From: a virus
Taxonomy: Duplodnaviria; Caudoviricetes
Length of the DNA: 64,000 bases
IMG/VR virus record: IMGVR_UViG_3300020434_000055
Direction: 5' to 3' (one strand)
The notes beneath the pieces are model-generated. The model searched no databases. It was not told where the DNA came from and worked only from the letters and a program-made list of their open reading frames with translations. Both the position numbers and the translations under genes were made by a program. Shown in pieces: positions 56,021 through 64,000 of this stretch (within the stretch, counting starts at the first letter, position 1; each line of letters begins with the position of its first letter).

Positions 56021-56284
56021 TTAAGCAATTCTATGACCTTTAATTGGTAATATAGTTTCCCTTGCATCTATAATATTCTCGTTTTCTAATGCTTTTAATA
56101 CATCAGCTTCACTTGAATTCGTGTATATCTCTGCCATGCCTGCATTCCATTCACATACATCTACATCTGCTTCAATGTTGTGATCCTTTAATGCTGACTT
56201 GATTGATGGAGCAATACTTCTATCTTCATCTAAATCCCAGTCACCAATGTCTGCTACGGCAATCGTTATTTTGTTAGTCTTCAT
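56021..56284 (-). CDS. Early hypothetical protein resembling an internal domain of the 1993-4056 protein
   Basis: GDWD...I...L.D..I.A.V...E.N....I.T.SS...V.KAL. Confidence 0.65.
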   Translation of the reverse strand: MKTNKITIAVADIGDWDLDEDRSIAPSIKSALKDHNIEADVDVCEWNAGMAEIYTNSSEADVLKALENENIIDARETILPIKGHRIA

Positions 56285-56525
56285 ATGTGTCCTTTTCCCT
56301 TGCGTCTTCCATTGGATGATTTAGTAATTCAACATAATCTCCAAAGTGCTTAATGAAAGTTTCGCATAGACTATAATAGTCTGATCCTTTCATTTCGTCT
56401 AAAATTTCTTTTTCTTTAAATGCAGGCAAACTTAATTCCTTACATAGTTTCGAGGCAACGCCTAATATATAAAAGGCGTTACCTTCTGGTCCTGAAATAT
56501 CAATAATGTGTTTATGCTGACTCAT
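56274..56525 (-). CDS. Hypothetical protein
   Basis: IDISGPEGNAFYILG motif. Confidence 0.75.
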   Translation of the reverse strand: MSQHKHIIDISGPEGNAFYILGVASKLCKELSLPAFKEKEILDEMKGSDYYSLCETFIKHFGDYVELLNHPMEDAREKDTYED

Positions 56526-56943
56526 ATGTTTGATAATTGTCGTACCCTGTTCTAATTAAATAACAAGCACCAGTCCATGCTACTTTATAATTCTCGTCAA
56601 GTATATTTCCTCTAGGCTTGTTAAGTGTTGGAGCATTCCAACCTGCGGGTTTAAGAATGTCACCTTTTCTCCAGCTCTTCCCGTTAGCTGTGCAATCGTT
56701 CTTAACAATGAATGAATGTACTGATCTATGTTGACCATTACTATCTGAAGTGACGATTCTAATCCATTTTCTTTTAGGAGAATCTTCAATGTACAATCCT
56801 TCTTTGAACTCTTTAAACATTTTGTCTTTAACCGTATAGTCTACTCCCGGAGTCTTACCAAATGTTCCGTCTTTTCTGTGGTAAGTCCATCTACTATAAT
56901 CTTCGGCAATGTTCTCTAAGTATTTTTTCAATTGTTCTTGCAT
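56512..56943 (-). CDS. Phage early hypothetical protein
   Basis: SVHSFI...KGDILKPAGWNAP. Confidence 0.8.
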   Translation of the reverse strand: MQEQLKKYLENIAEDYSRWTYHRKDGTFGKTPGVDYTVKDKMFKEFKEGLYIEDSPKRKWIRIVTSDSNGQHRSVHSFIVKNDCTANGKSWRKGDILKPAGWNAPTLNKPRGNILDENYKVAWTGACYLIRTGYDNYQTYESA

Positions 56944-56950
56944 AGTGCTA

Positions 56951-57289
56951 CTATTTTCCTTCCTTTGCTTCTGCTTGTAGATTTAACATAACATCAACAT
57001 CGTGTGGGATTTCTTCTCCGCCACCTGATGCTGGGAGGTTGTATTCGACAATGTCGAAAGCATATACATCCTTTTTATTTGCTTGCCATAGTTTGTATAT
57101 GTTGACTCTTGTTGGCAAATCGCTTTTGTACGCATCATTCATAAAATATTCTAATGCTGATCTGTACCAAGCGGCGTCTTGTGCATTTTTAAAATTTGCA
57201 TAAACACTTCCATGGTCGACTGAAAAGTCTGTTCCGTAGCCAGTGCTGTTTGAAAAAATTAAAATGTCTTTTTCTATTTGTTTTTGCAT
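56951..57289 (-). CDS. Hypothetical protein
   Basis: GGAGGGCAC leader. Confidence 0.75.
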   Translation of the reverse strand: MQKQIEKDILIFSNSTGYGTDFSVDHGSVYANFKNAQDAAWYRSALEYFMNDAYKSDLPTRVNIYKLWQANKKDVYAFDIVEYNLPASGGGEEIPHDVDVMLNLQAEAKEGK

Positions 57290-57310
57290 AAGTGCCCTCC
57301 TTATTCTTTA

Positions 57311-57339
57311 ATAATAAAGCCTGATACCAAAAAAGTCAA
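57311..57339 (-). promoter_or_regulatory. Early sigma70-type promoter (family member)
   Basis: TTGACT-17-TATTAT, TTTTGGTA in the spacer. Confidence 0.75.
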
Positions 57340-57464
57340 TACACAAAGAAACCGCTATCTATGGGCCTTATTTGCATGGTAATTGGTTTAGAAGGACACA
57401 TTATTGGTGAAATCCAATGTTTACCTTCCACAAGTGATGCATCATGTTCGAATAATGTATCCAT

Positions 57465-59089
57465 CTAAGCCTCTTGCCATACTATCGGCACTTCTTTACT
57501 GAATATTAGGGAGGCAGTTAAGGGAGTAAAGCCCTTTGACAAGCAATCTCTCTTAAACTCCTCCCGGGCACTACGCAATGCGAGATCGTAATCGAATCCC
57601 ACATGGTAATAAATGTTCCGGAAATTACCGGATTGAAATGTGAATTGAAACTGCCTTTTGCTGTTAGGTCTTATCATGTCGCAAGTTCACCTTTCTCTAA
57701 TTTGTTTAATGGATCTTCTTCATAAAGATACCAAGGTAACTCTTCATCATCATAGATGTTATAAAATTGATTCTCTATTTCCTTATAGTCGTGTATTAAC
57801 TTTTCAGGTTCAACATCGTGCCAGCCTTTCATACCACCTGATAGAATATGTGTAAGAGTCTCACTATGTCCATCGCAACCATGTTCTTTCATTATGTTAT
57901 GATATTCAACTTGCATACATCTTTCAGCCATGACATAGTGCGTCAGCTGTAAAGCTCTTTCATCATGATGGATAACAGTCTCTAAAGGATCTATTAATGT
58001 AGCTCCTATATAAAATGTATTATTCATAATCCCAGTCTCCTACATGACATTCATCCCAGTGATAGTCGGCATGATGTTCGTCTGCTTTCTTTAATGCTTC
58101 TTCGTATGAACTTGCTGTTATAGTTGCTTCATGATGTATAGATTGTATTCCATATATTGTATATTCTTTTTGATTTAAATGTCGTTCAACATCCATACCC
58201 ATCTTCTTCTCATACTCAGCCTTCTGCAAAAGTTTGTCTTTATTTGTCAATGCCTACCTCCTCAGCAATTTGTTCCTCAACTTCTCCACCTTCAGGGTTG
58301 CCCCATTCACATTGATTACAAGCCTTCTCCACAGCTAAATCCTTTGTCTCTGATTCGTCATACCAACCATCAACATAAACTTCAGGCACCTCTACATATT
58401 GTTCGTACCATACCTTTTCATATGATGTGACCTTAAACTCTTTAGTCCTTGTCTTATGATGTCGTACTCCTGGCGCATACTTCATACCAAGGAACTCCTT
58501 TGATTGTGCTTTGTTTAATCTTACCATCCTAATCCAGCTCCAAATAAAATTAATATAATCATCGTTGGCACAACTATTGTCAGTGGCCAAAAGTCTAATA
58601 TTTCTAATATCAATTTTTTAGTTTTCTTCATGCCAGTCCTCCTCTACTTCATCTACATTATAATATGGTCCACCGAACATACCATCTTTAACTATTTTGT
58701 CTGCTTTGTCTAATGCTTCGTCTTCATCATCAGCTTCGATGACTATTGTTTCTAAATACTCAGCTTCTTCTCTGGAAGCATCTAGGTCAACATGAATCTT
58801 AAATTTAGCCATATACTTTATCCTCCATCTCCTTCATTCGTTCTATAAACTTTGCTTTCACTTCAGGCGTTGCAACAGCCATCAACTCTAAAAACAAATC
58901 CCAAGGTTGGATACGGTCAGTCTTATCAACATTCCATACACCTCGTTGAATTATATCATAAGCAATATCCAACGCATCATCGTCACCGTCGGCAAAGCCT
59001 TTGATAAATCTTTCTTCGTCTTGTTGATTCCAAGCCATTATATTATTGCCACCAATGTCGCGAATACAAACAAACCAACCATCGTCCAT
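57465..59089 (-). CDS. Run of six small acidic early ORFs (57465-57677, 57674-58027, 58020-58250, 58240-58590, 58618-58812, 58805-59089)
   Basis: ORF track; overlapping start/stop codons. Confidence 0.75.
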
Positions 59090-59126
59090 ATAGTCAGCTT
59101 CGTTAGGTATCTATATACTTCGTCCA

Positions 59127-59774
59127 TTATGCTCCTTCCATGTTTTGTGCTTTTTTATCTACAACTAATTCCTTAACCTTAATAGCATCTTCATCTCTCT
59201 TCTGTGCTTCATACTCAGCTTGATATTCTGTTATGCCATATAGGTCATCAAGTTCTTTTCCATCGTCTGTGTTCCAAAACTTATCTTGAGAACCTTTAGG
59301 AGCAATAGTTGATATCTCATAACATACATCATCACCATTGTTCCATATACCCATAAAGTCACATCCAGGTTCATGGTAAGTTGCTCTTATACTAATATTA
59401 GAGTTCTCATCAATAAACTTCTCATATGCTCCAATGGGAGGTGCCCATGCTGAATCAAATCCCAAAAGCAATTCTGATTCATCTATACCTATTTCATTTC
59501 TTTGAACACCATAGAATTCATGTATATCCCATTTGGTACTCCAGTTTTCAACAGCCCAGCCATACCAGTCATCGTGTCCATACTTCTTCTGTAAAGCCTT
59601 TCTTTTAGAACCATCTGCCACCGTATCTCTTAACTCCTTAGGCATTGGATAAAAGTATTCCAATAAACCATCAGAAGCCTTTTCATATTTTTCGTTTGTA
59701 GCAATCTTTTCAATCTTATCGATTACCTTGTTAGGTCCTGTGATTTTAATATTATTATTACACCAATTTGGCAT
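59127..59774 (-). CDS. DUF1281/YubB-type ferredoxin-like protein
   Basis: MPNWC.N.I.I.G, DWY.W...NW.TKWD, FDSAWAPP, Y.EPG. Confidence 0.8.
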   Translation of the reverse strand: MPNWCNNNIKITGPNKVIDKIEKIATNEKYEKASDGLLEYFYPMPKELRDTVADGSKRKALQKKYGHDDWYGWAVENWSTKWDIHEFYGVQRNEIGIDESELLLGFDSAWAPPIGAYEKFIDENSNISIRATYHEPGCDFMGIWNNGDDVCYEISTIAPKGSQDKFWNTDDGKELDDLYGITEYQAEYEAQKRDEDAIKVKELVVDKKAQNMEGA

Positions 59775-60273
59775 TAAACCTCCGTCGCTTTATGTTTAAG
59801 GAAACTTGGATGCACATTCCACTTCATACCTGTGCTTGGAATATTAACCAAGATATATTTTTGTTTGATTCTTTCAATTTTGCCTTCCATTAGCATACCT
59901 CTTCTACCTTTAAAGAAACAAGTTTCACCAGGCTTAAAACTCATCTTCGTTTGTTGCGCCAAGCTATCTTGTCTACATCTAATGTGAGCCTTAAGGTTTT
60001 TCAAATCCTTTTCACTCATTTTGTATATTGCGTCTATTACTTTATCGTTCATGTGCCCTCCTATAACGGCATTGGCCAACCTGTGCTGTCATACATAGGT
60101 GACCTTGTTGTTGGATTTACTCTTATGATTGTAGCATATTCTCCAAATTTTTCTTTAGCCTTTAAAGCTTCTTTCAATGTATCAAAGTATCCGCCATTCT
60201 TATTTGTTCTAAGAAGTCGAACTTCGTACATTCTTTTGGAGTTATATTTTTCTATGTCTTTCTTTGTGCCCAT
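59774..60273 (-). CDS. Two small early ORFs (59774-60052, 60061-60273)
   Basis: ORF track; the first has a GGAGGGCAC leader. Confidence 0.7.
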
Positions 60274-60282
60274 TGTTCTTTA

Positions 60283-60311
60283 ATATTAATGTCTGCTACC
60301 AAAATAGTCAA
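60283..60311 (-). promoter_or_regulatory. Early sigma70-type promoter (family member)
   Basis: TTGACT-17-TAATAT, TTTTGGTA in the spacer. Confidence 0.75.
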
Positions 60312-60342
60312 TCGCTTAGAATGAGTCAATAGTGCGGCTCAT

Positions 60343-60864
60343 TTAAGCAAGAATCTTTTTATATGACTCCTTTAGCATATCAAGATACTCTTTTACTGCC
60401 ACTGGCTCTAATAATTTCATTTCCCCAGCTAGGTATTTTCCGCTTTCACTATATCTCATTTCATTGAAGTACCAAGTTCCAATCGGTCTGCCTAAGTAAT
60501 CCTTTTCATCTTCTAACTTCATAAGATAAATGAATTGCTCACCACTATTAAATCCGTTCTTAATGTAGTCAGCTTCGTTTTTATATACTTTGTAGCCACA
60601 GTCTTTTTCGCCTCTGTCTCTACCGTAATATACATTCTGCACATCATACATCTCATTCTTACGGTCATCAAAATCAATTGAATCACCTATAATGTAATGC
60701 CACTTAGAACTATCACCAAGACTAATTCCTTTTAATACTTTACTTGGATCAGTCCAATGCTCAATTAATGTATAGCCTAGTCCAGCAGGGTACCCGTCCC
60801 AATGTTGATATGAACCTATTATTCTATTCTTTTGTTGTATGCCTACTCTTGCCCTTGTACTCAT
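60343..60864 (-). CDS. Phage hypothetical protein
   Basis: MSTRA.VG, YQHWDGYP...G, YYGRDRGE. Confidence 0.8.
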   Translation of the reverse strand: MSTRARVGIQQKNRIIGSYQHWDGYPAGLGYTLIEHWTDPSKVLKGISLGDSSKWHYIIGDSIDFDDRKNEMYDVQNVYYGRDRGEKDCGYKVYKNEADYIKNGFNSGEQFIYLMKLEDEKDYLGRPIGTWYFNEMRYSESGKYLAGEMKLLEPVAVKEYLDMLKESYKKILA

Positions 60865-60873
60865 TATACCTCC

Positions 60874-61868
60874 CTAGTATAGTTTGTCTGACGGTTGGTC
60901 TTCAAGTTCCTCTCCAGAGTAATCGTCAGTTTCATTACTCGGATAATCTTCATTCCAAGGTGTTTTACATCTCGGACATTTATCGTCTGTTTCATTTAAT
61001 GGTCCATACTCACAATTTCTGCAATACCAATCGTCAGCATATTCCAATAGGTCTTCTTGTTCAGCTTGTTCTAAATACATTATGTCTCTGTCTATCATTA
61101 TGGAAATACCCTTTTTGGTTTAATGCCTTCAGCTTCTTGTGACTTGCTTGGTTCTTCCCATATCTCTCCATATGGATTAACTTCAGTCTGTAAGTCTTTT
61201 AAAATACCTTCAACTTCAGCTTTAAACAATAACGGCTCCTCTACCTTGACCGCGTGTTCAAGTCTTGCTTTTAATTCGTATAAGAAGTGATTAGCCATGT
61301 GTCAGCCATTTCCCCATATAGTCGTCTAGTCTCTCACCCTGTTTGTCTTTAGTGTGTCCCATATAATTGTATCCTTCTCCTACCACTTGGGCTCCATGAT
61401 CGCAATCCAACACCCAACCTGCAGGTCCGTATAGTGTAGCAACACCTCTATGGATTTGGCCCTGCTTGTTTTTGTAATACACTTTGTCACCCTTACGGAT
61501 TTCATCATAACACTCGTCTTCCCAACTTAACATTTCAGCAAATTCAGCCATTACCATAATCTCCCATTACCAATTGACATACCATTTTCGTCAACGGTCT
61601 CCATTGCTTTTTTATCCATATGCTCTGCCCAAGTAGATGTTATGCCATAGCCCTTTGCTTCATGACATCCTTCCACAGGGTAATACTTGTAAAATAGTTC
61701 TTCAACTTTTTTACCCATGCCGTGTTCTTGTAAGTTTAAAACGATAGCTCTGATCAAGCTTCTTTGATTTGTGCCACTTGTCCAATATGAATGATCGTCA
61801 CTCATTTCATATGTCCAATCGTGTTCTTTTAGTTCCTTCTCTAATGTGCCTAAGTCTTTTCTTTTCAT
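60874..61868 (-). CDS. Four small early ORFs (60874-61098 Zn-ribbon, 61098-61298, 61291-61557, 61551-61868)
   Basis: ORF track; CRNC...CPRC in the first. Confidence 0.7.
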
Positions 61869-61891
61869 GCCTTTAATGCCTTTCACTTATT

Positions 61892-61920
61892 ATAATAAGG
61901 CCTTGTACCAAAATAGTCAA
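61892..61920 (-). promoter_or_regulatory. Early sigma70-type promoter (family member)
   Basis: TTGACT-17-TATTAT, TTTTGGTA in the spacer. Confidence 0.8.
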
Positions 61921-61939
61921 GGCCTTAATTTCATTCTTT

Positions 61940-62572
61940 TTAGTCAAGCAATACCATGTATTCTTTGGCGTAATGCTTTCTGAACCAATCAAGCCCATCT
62001 CTAACTAACTGCCAATTTGGGTGATCCCCATTGTTTGGATCAGCTGTTATTTCAGCGCCTTTGATTAAATCATATACCGCTACAGCATTAGGTTGTAACC
62101 AAACCTTTTCTCCGCTATATGGATTTTTGATTAGTTCCGGGTCTACACCAATGTCTAGTGGTAACAGCTTCTTTGGGATAGCCGGTTGATGGTCAGATAC
62201 TTTAGGTGCTTCTTCTCCATTTATCATCTAGTCTGCCCTCGATTGCATATAAGCCTTCAACCCGTACTTTTCAAGAGTGTCTGCGAATGCATCGCAACCT
62301 ACTTCTTTTATGTCCATTGATTGAGTGTGTGATGCATCGTGTCCTTCGCTTATTTTATGCCAAGGTATTCTATATCCACCATATGTACCACTACCGCCTA
62401 TATCGTTTGATTTCAGCCAAGCCACGAATGGGCCTCTAGCTGGTCGGATTAAAACATTAGCGAAACCACAATACATTGGTTCACCATGCTTTTCTACAAA
62501 TTCATCAACAGCCGAATCTGATGATGCCTTCGCTTCTGCGAAGATGTCTTTAGGTGCTTTTATATTATTCAT
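61940..62572 (-). CDS. Two early ORFs (61940-62227, 62228-62572)
   Basis: ORF track; the second has a GAAAGGGCAC leader. Confidence 0.75.
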
Positions 62573-62594
62573 GTGCCCTTTCATTTATACTATT

Positions 62595-62623
62595 ATAATA
62601 AGGCCTGAGTGCCAAAACGTCAA
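62595..62623 (-). promoter_or_regulatory. Early sigma70-type promoter (family member)
   Basis: TTGACG-17-TATTAT, TTTTGGCA in the spacer. Confidence 0.75.
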
Positions 62624-62703
62624 CCGCTAAGAAGTCACGTTCTATGCGGGTCATTTAAGGGGGCGGCAATAAAAGCCTGACTATCTGGTAGCTTAACCCC
62701 CGA

Positions 62704-62891
62704 AAAAGCGAATAGGTAGACTAATAAAAGCCTACCTACTCTCTATTCATATTTGGACTATGTCCGATCGCCGAATATTGTGAGCTGTACAACGGTGTCA
62801 CTCCCGCCTCACCCATACCCGTCTAAATTCTGGTTTAGACAGTCGCCCAACTCCTCTACTATATTAAAGTAGCCAGCTTGGGCGGCTTGGT
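62704..62891 (-). ncRNA. Candidate structured non-coding RNA ending in a terminator
   Basis: At least five stems in a GC-rich gap; mismatches resolve to G-U pairs on the minus strand. Confidence 0.55.
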
Positions 62892-63140
62892 CTATTTGGT
62901 GAATAGATTCAATATCTTATTCTTTGTTGCCTGTAGTTGTTCTTGACCTTCTAGCCATTTATCTTTTTGAAATGCAATAGTCTTCAACTTCTCGCTTTCA
63001 ATAAAGTAAGCCACCTTCTCCGGAACAAGTTTAACCTGATATATAATCTGATCAACTTTTTCTGAAACAGGTTCAGCCATTGCTTTAAATGACACAAACG
63101 TCAAAATCAAGATGCCTAAAATGATGCCTAATATTTTCAT
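62892..63140 (-). CDS. Exported hypothetical protein
   Basis: Signal peptide. Confidence 0.75.
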   Translation of the reverse strand: MKILGIILGILILTFVSFKAMAEPVSEKVDQIIYQVKLVPEKVAYFIESEKLKTIAFQKDKWLEGQEQLQATKNKILNLFTK

Positions 63141-63473
63141 CTAGTCCGCCTTCACTTCTGATGGTATTGGTGCAGACGCAGAAACCGTTGCCGGTTCAAT
63201 GTCAACTTCCAATTTAACTTTACCAACATTCCGCTTAACATATTGAGTAATAGCCGTTTGACTAATCTCACTTTGAAAGTCAGAATGTTTCATCAAGAAT
63301 GAACATATATCAGCTTTCGACATAGGCTTCTCTAGTTCCACCAATTTAACTTCAGTATGACGTCTCATGTTGAGAGTCTTGATTCTGCCAACATAGTCGT
63401 TCGCGAATCTTACTTTCGTTAAACCTGATGGACTTGTAGATATACCTGCTACTTTAAATGTTCTTGAGTCCAT
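63141..63473 (-). CDS. Hypothetical protein
   Basis: AAGGAG SD; KVRFAND..RIK.L. Confidence 0.8.
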   Translation of the reverse strand: MDSRTFKVAGISTSPSGLTKVRFANDYVGRIKTLNMRRHTEVKLVELEKPMSKADICSFLMKHSDFQSEISQTAITQYVKRNVGKVKLEVDIEPATVSASAPIPSEVKAD

Positions 63474-63574
63474 GATTGATTCTCCTTATTTGATTAATTA
63501 GATAGCTGTTCAATTGATAATTAAAATGGTTAATCCATAAAATATAAGAATTGAAAACTACCATATATACAACC

Positions 63575-63603
63575 ATTATAATGCCAAACACCAAAAAAGT
63601 CAA
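63575..63603 (-). promoter_or_regulatory. Early sigma70-type promoter (family member)
   Basis: TTGACT-17-TATAAT, TTTTGG in the spacer. Confidence 0.8.
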
Positions 63604-63686
63604 GTAAATTGGGCCTTAAATGACCCGCTATTTTATTGGTTTTTCTGCCAAAAATCTGCCAAAAATTTCAAACAAACCAATTTTTC

Positions 63687-63862
63687 AGCAAATTCTGGAG
63701 CAAATGGTTGACAGCAAACCGGTGGAGCAAACAGGAAGCAAACCCCGATTGAGCAAACGTCAGCAAACCTCAACAAAGAGCAAACATCAAATTGGAGCAA
63801 AGCTGAGTTTAAGCTAGTAGTCAGCAAAGCGTAAGCAAAGGCTTTATAGTCAGCAAAGCGTA
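63687..63862 (+). repeat. Iteron-like array of 12 AGCAAA hexamers
   Basis: Counted by eye; includes the 16-bp direct repeat TAGTCAGCAAAGCGTA at 63818 and 63847. Confidence 0.85.
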
Positions 63863-63866
63863 TCAA

Positions 63867-63930
63867 TAGGGGACCATAGGGGTACGGTAGGGGCATGGTC
63901 TGACACCATAGAGAGCCGGCCCAATAGGGG
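63867..63930 (+). repeat. Four TAGGGG motifs
   Basis: 63867, 63877, 63888, 63925. Confidence 0.75.
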
Positions 63931-64000
63931 CTAGTTTCCAAAAAAATACTTCAAATTAGAAAATGGTTGAGGATGGTGACGATAGGCATAGTTAAAATAC

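Noticed and set aside
2446-62630. Antisense and alternate-frame ORFs from the track (e.g. 5815-6276, 52723-53136, 59426-59608, 62325-62630)
   Set aside because: They shadow well-supported genes on the opposite strand and have no motifs of their own
63687-63862. CRISPR array
   Set aside because: The repeat unit is 6 bp with 4-21 nt gaps; no 25-45 bp repeats and no cas genes
63620-63941. ORFs 63620-63817 (+) and 63633-63941 (-)
   Set aside because: They run over the repeat block with composition dictated by the repeats and lack clear RBSs; probably spurious
1-64000. Stop-codon reassignment
   Set aside because: Genes tile densely in the standard code, and TAG and TGA end conserved proteins at expected lengths

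Overview
AT-rich segment of a large lytic T4-related (jumbo-type) myovirus genome. Evidence: terminase gp17, gp32, UvsX, UvsY, UvsW, a gp62-like protein, primase, gp41 helicase and T4-type TAAATA late promoters. The host is probably a marine alphaproteobacterium, SAR11-like (inference from the style of the bL33, SET, DUF2061, GSII and ICL genes). Layout: (1) 1-30.4 kb, core packaging, recombination and replication genes, with an ~18-gene glycosyltransferase/methyltransferase island between uvsY and uvsW, a 192-aa minimal DnaE-like polymerase, an N-domain-only carbamoyltransferase and a SET protein. (2) 30.4-34.3 kb, a minus-strand late operon of three 2OG-Fe(II) oxygenases, a class III aminotransferase and an amidinotransferase. 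(3) 35-50 kb, accessory genes: a membrane-microprotein/HtrA/thioredoxin operon, GSII-isocitrate lyase-bL33, a candidate -1 frameshift gene, an AsnRS-like catalytic domain followed by an atypical long-variable-arm tRNA with a GUU anticodon, a metallothionein-like peptide, a nitrilase and a CDGSH-like protein. (4) 51-64 kb, an early region of small leftward genes with a conserved sigma70 promoter family, an AGGGCAC pre-start motif, a ~190-nt structured RNA candidate and an AGCAAA/TAGGGG repeat block. All calls come from motif reading by eye; no database searches were run.
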